NCBI GenBank assembly: GCA_963575745.1
Contig: CAUYUJ010000014.1
Span: 1-64,000, forward strand
Source of the DNA: Prorocentrum cordatum
Lineage: Eukaryota
Direction: 5' to 3'
DNA: 64,000 nt
Part shown: positions 28,301 to 40,793 of the stretch, one piece after another
Layout of the letters: every line of letters begins with the position of its first letter
How positions within the stretch are numbered: the stretch's first letter is position 1
Position numbers and translations under genes: made by a program
The notes under the pieces: generated by a model
Databases searched by the model: none
Told to the model about the DNA's origin: nothing
The model's input: the letters and a program-made list of their open reading frames with translations, nothing else

Positions 28301-29637
28301 TTCGGGGCTCTGGGCGCCCGAGTTATCCGGGGTCGCTCGGGCCTGGGGCAACTCGGGCTCGGATTCCCGAAAAACGACCCCGAGTTAGCCCTGACCCGAG
28401 ATCCGAATTATACCCCTGATGATGCGGGGCTCTGGACGCCCGAACTATCCGGGGTCACTCGGCCCTGGGGCAACTCGGGCTCGGATTCCCGAGAAACGAA
28501 CCCGAGTTAGCCCTGACCCGAGTTACCCCTGATGATTCGGGGCTCTCGACGCCCGAACTATCTGGGGTCACTCGGGCCTGGGGCAACTCGGGCTCGGATT
28601 CCCGAAAAACTAACCCGAGTTAGCCCTGACCCGAGTTACCCCTGATGACTCGGGGCTCTGGACGCCCGAACGATCCAGGGTCACTCGGGCCCGGGGCAAC
28701 TCGGGCTCGGATTCCCGAAAAACGAACCCGAGTTAGCCCTGACCCAAGTTACCCCTGATGACTCGGGGCTCTGGACGCCCGAGTTATCCTGGGCCACTCG
28801 GGCCTGGGGCAACTCGGGCTCGGATTCCCGAGAAACGAACCCGAGTTAGCCCTGACCCAAGTTACCCCTGATGACTCGGGGCTCTGGACGCCCGAGTTAT
28901 CCTGGGCCACTCGGGCTCGGGGCAACTCGGGCTCGGATTCCCGAAAAACGAACCCGAGTTAGCCCCGACCCGAGTTACCCCTGATGATGTGGGGCTCTGG
29001 ACGCCGGAACTATCCGGGGTCACTCGGCCCTGGGGCAACTCGGGCTCGGATTCCCGAGAAACGAACCCGAGTTAGCCCTGACCCGAGTCACCCCTGATGA
29101 TTCGGGGCTCTCTCTGAACCAATACCGGGGTGCGTTCTGACCAGGATTTCGAGGCCACCCAGGAAGCCCAAAAAGTGAAAAAATAGGGAAGGGTAGAGGT
29201 ATGGGTACCTTTTCCTCCTCCGAGTCATGGTTTGTTCCCCTAGAAGAAGTTGGGTTTTCTCTACCTTGCAGATGGACGTGTCTGGAGTGTCTTTGAGCAG
29301 GGACCGACCGTCCCGGCATTCTTGTAGTCCTACCACGAATTGTTGTTAGAACCCAAAAATGTTCTAAACACAAAAACAAGGTTCTTATACCATAAACCCG
29401 ATGTGTTGAAACAAGACAATCTCACCCAGAAGTGTTCTAAGAACATGTCGTGGGAACCACAATAGGTTCTTAGAACATTGTTTGGTAGGTCTACAGGCGA
29501 GCCAGGACGCTTCGCCACTGCTTGAGCAGATGGACGTGTCTGGAGTGTCTGGGCGCCGTTCTCGCTGCGTGCCGGAGGTCCGGAGCGCGCTGGCCCGTGC
29601 CCCCCGCCTGCCCGATGCTCGGCGCTTGTGGCGCCGC

Positions 29638-29703
<66 letters not shown>

Positions 29704-31480
29704 AGACACACCACAGCTGGCGCCGCCTGCCTGACGCCCACGTTCTTTAGGTCGGGCGCGACCCCCTACAGGCAGATGTTGAAGACAAATAGAAAACACT
29801 TACAACATGCCCCCCAACAAATCAAGAATAGTCAAACAATCGTCCCCAGACCACTTTTTTACTATTTCGGAGTATTCCCCCTGTAGAGGGACGCGCCCGA
29901 CTTAACACTTTCTGGGGCCGACGCTCTTTGCACGATGTGGTCGAGTCGAGCGCGAGGAGGTGGACAACAGCACGGGGAACAGAAACGCCCCTCGTGCTTC
30001 TAAGAACGACTAGGAGCAGGACGGCCGGGGAGAAGGTCGACGACATGTACTCCCTGAAATCATCCACCTTCTCGGACACCTTCGAGAAAGCCCCCACGGC
30101 GTGCGTCTCGGGCTGGCCGTAGACGAAGGCGGACGTCTTCTCGCACATGCGGTCGCGGACCTGCAGGGCGATCTTGGAGATGAAGAGGGCGGCGCGGGGG
30201 TGCTCCAGGACCCACTTGGAGATCGAGAGGCCCCACTTCGCGAGGGGATTCATCACGTACTTCCACACGGGCTTCATCCCGTAGTTGTAGATCGCTCCAG
30301 GGATCTGCTTGGCAACCTTCCAGGCGGCGCTGCCGATGGAGGCCAGGGTGCCGTTGCCGGCTGCCACCTGCAGGAAGGCGCCTCGCTCTGCAGACCAGCG
30401 GGCCACCTCGAATGCCCTGCGCCCCGACGGCGCCACCAAGTCTCCAAGCTCGTGGGCCTGCACTTTTAAGCGGGCCCCGGAAACAGCAACAAGAAAGCGA
30501 CCAGAAACGGCAAAACAACTGCTCCAGGATTGGAACCGGAGCCGGAACCAGTAACAAAAGCGACGGAACCGGTAACAAAAACAGCGTCGGAACCAGCAAA
30601 AAAAGCAAAACAGAAGCGAGAACAAAAACAGACCTGTCATTTCCAGGGCCTACTAGGGGCCTGTACAAAGGAGTTCCCATCAGCGGACATCTCCACATCC
30701 TCGTCCCCTTCGGCGTCGACGGTGTCCATCAGCTCGAGCATGAACTTGTTGAGGCCATGACTCGCGTGCACAAGCCGCTGGCCCTCGCCTGCCAGGGATG
30801 ACAAGGCGTGTGAGGCACGTGGCTGTTCCCGTCTCGCTGCGCCCCACGCTGCGGGATTCGAACTCCCGTCTGAGGGGCGATGCAATAGAGGCCTCCTAGA
30901 TGGGGTCCGAATAGATGGGGTCGGAGATCGCACCGCATCGCCAACGCATCGCCGATGCATGACCGATGCATCGGCGATGCATCAACAACGTCTGCGACGC
31001 ATCAGCGCCGTCGGCGTGGGGAAACACGGTCTCCACATCGAGCCGCATAGTCGATACATCGGCGATGCGGTGCGATCCTCCGACCTCGTCTACTCGGACC
31101 CCATCTCGGAGGCCTAGGTGCAAGGGGGGGGCTGGGGGGGACGACCTCGTCAAAGAACCTACGCAACCCACAGGGGGCCGTGGAACCACCAGAACAACCC
31201 AGCACGGCCCCAAGGTGGCCCACCGTGAACCAAGAGAGCCGAATTGACTGCCCAGTGTGGCCTCCTTAATGGCCCCAGCATGCCGCAGGCTGGCGCCAAG
31301 AATTGTCCCAGAGTCTCTCTCGGGTGTTCGTCTACGCTTATCGCGAGAATCATGCGCGCGATTGGCCTCCAGTCTCCTCCGAAGAGCCCTCCACAGAACC
31401 GCACGGTGCCCGGGCCTGTCAGGGCGTCTGAGACTTCTCCGAGGCGCCCTTGGAGCCATCTGGAGTACACAAGTGAAGAA
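22363..31480 (-). CDS. 3' part of a multi-exon gene for an uncharacterised protein with amphipathic and hydrophobic helices
   Basis: Exons ~31480-31416, 30788-30661, 30457-30023, 27753-27701, 25426-25285, 24157-24125, 23730-23681, 23363-~23215 and a tentative 22376-22363 (TGA). They join in one frame with AG|G acceptors and GC/GA/GT donors: ...DALTG|EGQRL..FVQ|AHELG..FSPA|VLLTG..MGR|LRSLG..KMAL|EFMVYQEIAKE|VPSNLY..FQR|ANHTR.. The first and last exon boundaries are uncertain. Confidence 0.7.
23760..23921. mobile_element. Short TIR element (family H); related pieces near 4510, 28050 and 52620
   Basis: TAAGCATGAACTTTCG..TCCGCGCGGATT at the left and AATCCGCGCGGA..CGAAAGTTCATGCTTA at the right are inverted repeats. 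Confidence 0.6.
28196..29110 (+). repeat. 113-bp tandem satellite, ~8 copies
   Basis: A (G/A)AGT(T/C)ACCCCTGATGA motif recurs at 28520, 28633, 28746, 28859, 28972 and 29085 (period 113). Each unit has internal AACTCGGG/CCCGAGTT inverted motifs. Confidence 0.9.
30898..31107. mobile_element. Long-TIR MITE-like element (family E); second copy at ~52220-52405
   Basis: AGATGGGGTCCGAATAGATGGGGTCGGAGATCGCACCGCATCGCC is mirrored by GGCGATGCGGTGCGATCCTCCGACCTCGTCTACTCGGACCCCATCT, with internal GATGCATCGGC repeats. Confidence 0.7.
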
Positions 31481-32569
31481 TCCCTACAGTGCGGACGCGG
31501 CCGCACGTAACCCTCGCAAGAGACCCAGCCCGGAACATCCGCGCACGAGGTGCGATGCTGGGGGGGGAGCCAGAGAACCCCGAACACAGCAGCGTCTTCG
31601 AAGACCGCGATAGTCACCGCGCAGCGCGTGGAGCGAAAAAAACCAGGCTGCCCTCACGAAGGGCGCCCGATTTCTTGATGCGCGTCCCCAATGTAGTCCC
31701 GCTCGAGCCACGCGAACCCTTTGGGGCGCTACACTTCAGCGCGCGGGTCGCACTCGTTGGGGGCATTCGAACTGTCCAGGGCCTGTATGGGGAAATTTTC
31801 GAACTGGAGTGGTCTGGCTTGGGACGCAGGGACTCCCTTGGGCCCACTCCTGGAGTGCTCGAAGGCTGCCTGGGGACTCCTTGAGGGGCGTCTCGGGGGT
31901 CTTGGGGGGGGCTCTTCGGGACCTCCTGCGGGTGTTGCGGGGCTGTTAGATCGGGCATGTCCCCCTACAGGCGGATTTTGGAGGAAAACATGTTAAAGCA
32001 ACTAGTCCAAACATTCTCCAACACTGTCCAAGAAAATCTCAGAAAATTGTTTCCAGACTATTTCGTTTGACTGTTGTTTTCTAGAATATTCCTCCTGTCG
32101 AGGGACAGGCCCCGACTTGAGGCCACTGGGGCGGTATTGTGGACCCCTTGGTTGAGCAGGGGCCGACCGTCCCGGCACGACTTGTTCTTCGAACCCAGAA
32201 ATGCTCGAATAACCACAAAGCAAGGTTCTTAGAACAGAAACACGATGTGTTAACACAAGATGGACCCAACCGGTAATGTTCCAAAAACATGCCGTGCAAA
32301 CCACAAGTTATTAGAACACTCTTTGGTGGGCCTATGGGCGAGCCGGGACGCTTCACCACTGCTTGACTTGGGTCGTCTTTGCGCGCCCTGCGGCTCTGCG
32401 GGGCCCCCCTTATAGGGGGGCCGCATCACCCCTCTCTTGGGCAGTCTTTTGGGGCTCTCCTGCGGGGCCCTTCTGGGAGCTCTCCACGGGCTGTCCCTGG
32501 GGCCCTACCGAAGGCCCTTTCAATGCGACGCAGGCGATGTAGGATCTGCCGTCGGAGCCGAACGGGGTG

Positions 32570-32750
<181 letters not shown>

Positions 32751-33949
32751 AAGAAAAAGCTCGCCAGACACCTCGACGTCGTAATTGTTGCACAAAGTCG
32801 ACCCCGCAAGGTCTGAACCCACTCCCGAAGACCAGTTTCTCATCCTGAATCGTTTTTGGACAGTCCCGGAACCCAGTCAGGGCCCCGGGAGACCGAAAAT
32901 ACAGTGGGGGCCCGACCACAAGAAACCTTCCACAAGAAACCCAACCCTGAGACCCCAGGACGTCCGTCGATGCTTGGGTGTGGAAGCGTCGCGCCTTCCA
33001 CAGCAAGCTACCGAAGCCCAAGAAACCCAGGGCACCCTGGAGGCAAGCAAGGCGTTCCTTGGCATGGGCCTCCTCTGTGCGACAGATGCTGGCCATGAAT
33101 ATCCTGAGTTTGAAGACGCATAGGATATCGCTGACGATCATGATGCCATCGAGCCAATTAAAAACATCCTTGATGCGCTTCCTAATATACCTGGCCCCCG
33201 AAGGACGACGACATTTGTGGCTCCAAAATTTCTGGAACCCGCCATGCGGCGTATCCCGGAAATCGTGAACCCGCCGCCTTCCGCCAGCTTCCGCCGCCTT
33301 CCGCCGTCAGAGGCGGCCTCGTTTTGCTGCCGCCACCTTCCGCCGACCTTCCGCCGCGGAAGGGATGACAACTCCTTCGATCCTCGAAGGCAGGGAGGGA
33401 GGGCTCTTTTGGGAGCCCGCCATGTGGGTTGGAGCCGTGCGAGGCGCTTCTGGATCGGTCCATGACCAGTCCCCGACGTTATCCTCCTGCTCCGTAGGCT
33501 CTTTTCACATGCGGCCGCGGGCCGAGCGGCTTGCCCCTCTACGCGCACGAGTTACACCTGGACGCGCATCCCACACATGCGATACTTGGAGATTTTCCAT
33601 ACAGGGCCTCCAGAAATCTGGACCTTTGAAGGCGACGAGATCTATACATAGTACATATCCACTGCTCCCTGTGGCCAGGCCCATCCTGAACCCAGCAGCC
33701 ATGCACACGCCACACCCTCCTGGTTGGGCCGGAAGAGCGTCTAACACAGCTCCTGGGCCAAGGACGGGCCCGGAAAAGGCAGTGGAGGGGGAGAAGGAGA
33801 GGGAGGAGGAGGAGGAGGAGGAGCACCACACCCGAAGAGGAAGAGGCAAGCGGCCAGGAGCAAGAGACGAAGCAAGAGCCCGTCGAGGGGCAAGAGATGT
33901 CCGCTGCCACTCTGGGTGGCTTTCATAATTACCAGAGGAGCCGATTAAT

Positions 33950-36541
33950 GGCACCACTACGCCTGGCTATTGCACGGAGCCGAGCGTGAGCGTGCTGCAC
34001 AGCGCGCCTCGGACAGTGCAGACATTTCGCACGAGAGGCATTGACGGCAGAGTAAATTACATCGATCGCGACAGCATGGGCAAGTATCTCGTCTTTGGAC
34101 CTGGCTTCCCAAAAAAACACGGCAGAGTGATATTCGTGGCATCGGTCCCCTAGGATGGGGGCAAAGGGAGATGGGCGAGCAAAAGAGGACGGAGGAAGGG
34201 GCGCACAACATAGTGATTAATCTGGACACCAGCAAGATTTTGGCAGGCGAAGTGACAGTAAGAGGTGGCCTGATGGAAACGCCTGCTAGTGGGCCAAGCA
34301 TTGAATACAGTGCGAATCACAGCCGTAGCACAGAAATGAAGCAAAAAATGAAACGAGGAGGAGGCGGCATTGAATCAGATCAAGTTGAGGACGAGTAACT
34401 GATGTATCCCAATAGCGTACTCTAGCACCGATAAGTTCTCCGACGTGTAGGACTGGTAGTTGACTATGTATGACCTTCGTGAGCGCTCGCTGGAGACCCC
34501 TGGGGGGTACATCTGAGGGGTAGTTAGGGAGGCTGGAGGTGATCTGATACTGCTTCATCATGTTATATAAGACGGTGTCGGAGAAGATAGGGTGTAAATA
34601 TCTGGCTGCGATCGGAGCTTCGTCAGACTCTAGCAAATTCTGTAGCCAAACTCGCATCACATGGAAGGCTGCGCTCTGTTCAGCAGCCGGAACCATTGCA
34701 GCGCAAGACACAGTAGAGAGTCGAACGCTATTTTTTGCCGAGGCCGAGCGACTGCATGTTGAAAAAGACGGCAGGCGGGAACGCATGACGGGGTGCTCGA
34801 ACGAGGGATTGCTGGCACTCTCGCTCCTGGGCCCGGCAGAACTTCGGGAACGGCTGAAACTGCGCAACGCGACTACAAACAGGCGCAGCGTACATGTTGT
34901 AGGCCACGACGCTTTGCGTAAGACTCTGTCCGAGCTTTTTGACTTCCTGAGTGCGAGACACAAACTTGAGGGCGGGTGCACGCCATGCGTCCTGTGCAGC
35001 ATCGTGGCCTACAGTGACTCCTAGGTGCACGGCGCTCTTCTGAATCTTAACTTTGGCAATGTTGACCTAGACGTCCTGGAACACTTTTATGATGTCGTTT
35101 TTGTTCTTATGGTTAATCATCAACAGGATGCACTTGTTTATGTTCAGGACAAGGCCAGCGAAATAACCTGAGCGAACAAGCAGGCGGAGCACAGTAGGAA
35201 AATACATCAGCATATTGGCACAGACCAGTGCAATGTCGTCGGCGAACGCCGTCAAGCAGACCTTTATCTGGGACTTCGAGAACTTTATTTAATCGCTTCG
35301 CTCACTCCGCCGGCCCATGCAGTCTCATGTCTGCCGTTTGCCCGAGGGCCTGGTGTCAATGCGGCGCTTTGGGGGTTCCTGGGGCCGCTTGGGGGACTCC
35401 TGGGGCGCTCGGGGGGGCATTTTGGGGGCCTCCTGGGGCCGCTTGGGGGACTCTCGGGGGCCTCCTGAGGGCCTCGTGGGGGCCTCTTGGGGCCTCGTAG
35501 GGGCTTCTTAGGGTCGAGGGCTCGAAATGTTGTTTCGTGTTCCCCCTCTGGGGCCCATTTGGGGGCGTTCTTGGGGCCCTCTTGGACCGTCTTGGAGGCT
35601 TCCTGGGCCGTCTTCGAACCCTCTTGGGCCATCTTGGGGCCCTCTTGGGAGCCTCTTGGACCCTCTTGGGGCGATCTTGGGGGCCTCTTGGGCCGTCTTG
35701 GGGCGTCGGGAAGCCGACAAGGTGGAAGCTCCAAAATCTCTCAAAAACCTTAGGAAAAGCAATGCGTTTTGCCTCCGGGGGCCCTCTGGGGAGTGCTCTT
35801 GGAGGCCTCTTGGGGCGTCTGGGGGCTATCTTGGGCGTCTTGGAGCGATCTTGTGGCATGTCGGGCCCCTCGTGTACCATCTTGGGGGCCTCTTGGGGGC
35901 CTCTCGGCCTTTCTTGGGGCTCTCGGGGACGTCTCGGAGCCCTGTTGGTGCGCTCGTGGAGCGCTCTGGCGGCTTCGCCCGGGGATCAGCCGGGAGTCGC
36001 CTGGGGTATTTTTCGCCCGGGGACCCCCAAGGGCCGCCCCGCGCGCGCGAACTAGAGAATCGTTAACCATTTACCGGAGATCTTAGCACGCCTCTGGCCC
36101 GTCGGGCCGGCGAATACGCCGTAGCACTGGATCAAAGATGAGCGCGAACAGGACACCTGACAATGGACAGCCTTGTTTCATTCCGCGGGTAGCAAGGCAA
36201 CGAAACGCATCAGGCCCAGGAGGGCCTATGATCATGATAACGTTGGCGTGGAGCTGTTTGATGGCCCCGCGGATCTTATTCGGCAGGCGCATCCTGTCCA
36301 AAAGCTTGAAAATCCACCGGCGGTAAACGCTGGGGAACGCTTGCGCGAAGTCGAACAAACAGCCCCCAGCATTCTTCTTGCCAAGAGCACCTGCGCAGCC
36401 TAGGAGATGCCCGTCAAAAAGTACAACATTGTCGACTAAACTGCGGCCCTTAATGACACCTTTCTGCACAGGATTGACGACATCGGCGGCGACAGCTTGG
36501 AGAGGTTGGGCGAGAGCGGAGCATGCGATTTTGTCGTCGGC

Positions 36542-36605
<64 letters not shown>

Positions 36606-38426
36606 ACGGGTATCCTTCGGGGCACGTTCTTCCTGACCGCCACTTGTCATAGCTCCCTTGGGCAAGAAGGCGCGCCCGCAATGATTGAACTCGTCATCGA
36701 GAGGCTCATCCGAGAGGAGGTGGAGGTACAAAAAATAGAGCGCTTGCTTAACCGGCAGACTGGCAGCCCTCCAGGCCTGGGCCTGGTCCTGGGCCTGCAG
36801 CGGCATCCTTCTTGCGCATCAGGCCTTGGACGAAGCGATCCTCGGACAAAACCCAGTCGTGGCGCTGGTGTGATTGTGTCGCATACTGCCTTTCGTGCAC
36901 AGTCAATGATTTGTGCGTGCTGAAGGTGCGTGTTATCATCGGGAATCTCATCACCAGGTTCGTCCAGGAAGACCTTGCTCCAGTAATCGCATAAAAGCTT
37001 CTGCGAAATCTCGGGGTCGGCGTGGACTTTGCCTTCTGGGCCCTTAACTCCAGCTAATTTGAGGGTCGGCCGCGAGGCAGCCCAGGCAGAAGAGAGACGA
37101 CGAATTCGAGCAAGAGCAGTCGCTTGAGCATCGCCAGTCACGTCAGGCGCCTCAAGGATCCTCTGCTCCTCCTGCTCATACATATCACGATGCAGCTGAG
37201 AGAGCATAGCGTGACATACTAGCCATTGCGTCCATAGCATCATGTCGCAATCGAAGTATTGGCGAAGCTGAAGGAACGCACGACAGGCACATCTGGCTCC
37301 ACGCTCGTCTTGCCGACGGTGCGCACGCAGCAGCTGTAGACAGGCGTGCGCCTTAAAAGCAAGACAGGAGGCACCCTTGGCCTCAATGAACTGAAAACCT
37401 TGGTGGCTGGCACTTCTCATCAGCGCCTTGATTTCTTTTTCTCGCACGTTGGGGTTGGTGCCCAGGGAATTGTCATCGATGCTCATGTCCAAGAACTCAG
37501 GAAACTTCGGATGCCTGGCAACCCAAACAGGCACAGACGGAGGTTTCCCTGAAGGCTTGAACGGCTTCATACTGACGAACACGGGGGAGTGGCCGGAAGG
37601 TTTTTCGAAGACTGCGATGTCCTAGGAGGTGCCCGAGGAGACGCAGTAATCCATCAGAACGACAGCGGGGATGTGAGTGTAGATTCTACCCACCCTAGCG
37701 CAGGTGGTGTCGTCTCGGGTGGCGCGACGGTGGGTATATGACTACAGCTCAAGTTCACAAAACCGAGGGAAAGTCTCATCACATAGATTAGAAAGGCGGA
37801 CCTGGCCAACTCGATCAGCACCGTTGCGGACCGAAAAAACGACCTTCGCCAGATACTAAGTAGTTGAAGTCACCCGCAATGACACAGGAGTTGAGAGAGG
37901 AGAGGTGGGACCTGATGCTGTGCATCATCTGCCGTGTGTAACCTTCTGTCCAGTCGGGGTCGAAGTGGAGGTTGACTAGTTGGAGGTTGCCCCTTGGGCC
38001 TTGCAACGTGAGGATAGCGACTCTGCCTTCGCGAAGAACCTCGAACGTGTGAGCGACGAAGCACTGGAATAGAGCTTTGCGAACAAAAACGAGGATACCG
38101 CCTGCGCTGGCAGACGGGCAGAAGGAGCCGAAAACTTGCATATCCTTGAAATCCCTTTCCAAAGTATCGAGGTCGCCCTGGTGCCCGTGACTTTCCTGGA
38201 TACAGAGAACATCATGTGAACGAAGGAGGGGGGAGAGACAGCTATACGTGCCACGGCTGCGATCGCGAGAGGTGGCTAGCGAACAGAGAAGGGTCTGCGC
38301 GTTCCACGAGCAGACAGACAGAGGCGAAGCAGACAGAAAAAGGCTCAGGGTGGGTGGCGTCACGTCAGTATGCTGGAGCCCCTCTCCAGCAGCAGGTAAA
38401 GGAACTGCAACTTCTGGAATGTCCAC
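33950..38426 (-). pseudogene. LINE ORF2 (endonuclease-reverse transcriptase) pseudogene
   Basis: Split across ORFs 37815-38426, 36647-37582, 36083-36643, 35067-35255, 34728-35030 and 34286-35002. It is interrupted by an (AG)n expansion at ~36546-36600 and an insertion at ~35257-36085. Confidence 0.88.
35257..36085. mobile_element. ~830-bp insertion of GGGGCCTCTT-type low-complexity repeat family within the RT
   Basis: It separates RT motif QGCPLSG from AFADD. A related sequence occurs in reverse orientation at ~42690-43300. Confidence 0.7.
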
Positions 38427-38492
38427 GTCAGCAGCCAGGTCTTCGTGCGCAAGCTCGTGCAGTTCCTGACGCTCGTCCCGTGGTAGAACCTG

Positions 38493-39296
38493 TCAAAGTG
38501 ACTTGCCGATTTTGGTCGCTTCGAGGATGATAGCGTTGACAGCGGTGATGTCCAGGCCCCACTGGCGCACCTCGCTCTCGTTGGCTTCGAAGTGGTAGTC
38601 ATCGTCGTTGTTGTATATCAATTGGATGATCGGCCAGATGTCCTGCTGGTCGGTCAGGGAGAGAACGCCCCTGAAGCCGTTCACTCGGATGTAGCAGTTC
38701 TCGTTCCAGTAGGCCAAGCCCTTGCACATCGCTTCAATCTGCGGGTAGATAGTGGCAAAGATCCTCTTGCGTGCCCGAACGTCGGGTGGGAGGTCGCCGC
38801 GCGCACGAATCTCTGTGTGCTTGCCGTCGCGGTTGCTGAGCCACTTGGAACCGTTCTGCGCATACTGCAGGCGGAAGCGCCTCGCCTGGTCCGCACTCTT
38901 GAACTGGATGAGATAGGTCTGCCCTGTCTCGTGAATCTGCGTCGTCACATCTGCCAAGGTCTCTGCGTAGATGGCCTTGAACTGATCGTAGTGGTCCTTC
39001 ATCACTCTGCCAAGGACGGGCCTCGGCCAAGTGCCCATGAAGACCTTGGTGGCGTCACTGCCCACGGTGCCCGCGACATCTAACATGCGCCGCTTGCTTC
39101 CCGAGGTAGCTGTAGTTGACGCCGAACTCGCTGCGGACGGAGCAACTGACTGGTTAGCCATCTGCCTCTGCAAACTCTTGATGGCGTCGCCTTGCTGGTC
39201 AAGACGTTGATTGATAGGAAGTAGCGCTGACCCAACTGTTGTGCCCACAGACGTGTTGATCTGGCTGGACAGGGAAGCCTCGAGGTTGCGCTGCAT
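38493..39296 (-). CDS. LINE ORF1-like protein (coiled coil followed by RRM-like region)
   Basis: 267-aa complex ORF upstream of the endonuclease, with a heptad-like stretch INQRLDQQGDAIKSLQRQM. Identity is inferred from position. Confidence 0.7.
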   Translation of the reverse strand: MQRNLEASLSSQINTSVGTTVGSALLPINQRLDQQGDAIKSLQRQMANQSVAPSAASSASTTATSGSKRRMLDVAGTVGSDATKVFMGTWPRPVLGRVMKDHYDQFKAIYAETLADVTTQIHETGQTYLIQFKSADQARRFRLQYAQNGSKWLSNRDGKHTEIRARGDLPPDVRARKRIFATIYPQIEAMCKGLAYWNENCYIRVNGFRGVLSLTDQQDIWPIIQLIYNNDDDYHFEANESEVRQWGLDITAVNAIILEATKIGKSL

Positions 39297-39490
39297 CTGC
39301 TCTAACCACAGCTATCTCCGCTGCTGATGCCATGACCTCTTGTGTGTGATACTCCCGTGATCACGTCAAGAGAAGGTTGCGAGCAGGAGAACTCTTGGCC
39401 CCAGCAGCGCGCAGCTCGACTGGGGTTGCCTGAAACAGGGACTAGCCTCCGACTAGAGGTATCCGTTTTCTGCCCAGGGGACAAAGACAT

Positions 39491-39512
39491 CTTGAGCCAA
39501 AATGGCTACGGA
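39491..39512 (-). other. Complete dinoflagellate spliced leader (DinoSL) integrated at the LINE 5' end
   Basis: Minus strand TCCGTAGCCATTTTGGCTCAAG is an exact match to DCCGTAGCCATTTTGGCTCAAG. It is followed by ATG, not the GT expected in an SL RNA gene. Confidence 0.97.
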
Positions 39513-40617
39513 ATGAGGAGGAGGAGGAGGAGGAGGAGGAGGAGGAGGAGGAGATGAACCACCCTTACCGATTTCCAAGAACCCACGGTTCCGGGGGGGC
39601 CCGGCGAGGGCCCGCGGAGGCCGAGAACGGCCAGCAACCTCCCGTCCGGATTTTGGTCGCGACGGGAGCGCGTCTGGATGAGCAGGGACCGACCGTCCCG
39701 GCATTCCTATAGGCCTACCACGACATGTTCTTAGAACCCACAGATGTTCTAATAACAAAAACAATATTCTTAGAACGCAGACCCGATGTGTTAAAACAAG
39801 ACAGTCCCAGCCAGAAATGCTCTGAGAACATCTCGTGGAAACCACGAAAGGCTCTTAGAACATTGTTTGGTAGGCCTACAGGCACGCCAAGACGCTTCGA
39901 CGCTGCTTGATCTGGGATCCAGCGTCTTGGCCCGCTCTCCATTGTCATCGACGCATGCCCGCTCGGAGTTCTCTGCCCAGCGTGACCAGCCAGCTGCGCC
40001 TGGCAGCTGGCGCGGCAACTGCGCAGCACGGGCGCGAGCCTGAGCGCGGCACATGCAGCGTGCCCGGGTACAGCACCTACTCATCCACTTCCTCTGAACA
40101 CCAAAGAAACATACCCCCGACGTTTCGATGTTTGTACAACGTCGACCCCCAGAGGTCTGGAGCCCTTCCCTGGGACCGGTTTTTCTTCCTGGGTCGTTTT
40201 GTTGACGGCCCCGAGGCCCGGCAACGGCCCCCAGAGGCCGAAAATGGGGAACACGCTCCCGTCATGAGCTTTTCATGACCCGAGGGGGTCTGGGGTGGCC
40301 ATCGACGCATGCCCGCTCGGAGCCCTCTGCCCGGCGAGGCCGTCCGGCTGCGCCTGGCAGCTGCGCCCGCCAGCTGCGCAGCACGGGCGCGAGCCTGCGC
40401 GCGGCGCAGCGTGCCGCACCTACTCCAGTTCCTCGGAAAAAAAACAAACACACACACACACACACAGAAAAAAAACTCCCCAGACCCTCGACGTCGTAAT
40501 TTCTGCACAACGTCGACCCCGCAAGGTCTGGACCCATTCCCGAAGACCAGTTTCTCATCCTGAATCGTTTTTTGGACAGTCCTGGAGCCCGGTCAGGGCC
40601 CCCAGAGACCGAAAATA

Positions 40618-40793
40618 CAGTGGGGGCCCGACCACAAGAAACCTTCCCCAAGAAACCCAACCCTGAGACCCCAGGACGTCCGTCGATGTTTGGGTGTGGG
40701 AACGTCACGCCTTCCACAGCAAGCCATCGAAACCCAAGAAACCCAGGGCACCCTGGAGGCATGCAGGTCGTTTCTTGGCATGGGCCCCCACTG
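40618..40793. mobile_element. Tc1/mariner-type MITE (~176 bp, TA TSD); other copies 41446-41622 and 32902-~33077
   Basis: TA|CAGTGGGGGCCC...GGGCCCCCACTG|TA. The 41446 copy has different flanks and also a TA duplication. Confidence 0.85.

Larger units (their letters stand above)
33823..39512 (-). mobile_element. Full-length but inactivated APE-type LINE (L1/Tx1-like organisation)
   Basis: 5' DinoSL, then ORF1 (38493-39296). Endonuclease motifs SWNAQ, LCIQESH, IAGDFN, GRIY and SGHSPV. RT motifs QKGVIKGRSLVDN, FDFAQAFPSV, GMKQGCPLSG and AFADD. C-terminal CHFACQ..H zinc-knuckle remnant. Several frameshifts and stops; (CCT)n on both flanks. Confidence 0.9.

Noticed and set aside
28196..29110. Regular array resembling CRISPR
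   Set aside because: The units are near-identical along their whole length with no unique spacers, there are no cas genes, and the context is eukaryotic.
33070..33192. Possible exon YIRKRIKDVFNWLDGIMIVSDILCVF resembling an ion-channel S3 segment
   Set aside because: It is too short and I could not join it in frame to neighbouring exons, so it is left unannotated.
39491..39512. SL RNA gene
   Set aside because: The SL is followed by ATG and a LINE 5'UTR, not by the GT-starting SL intron.
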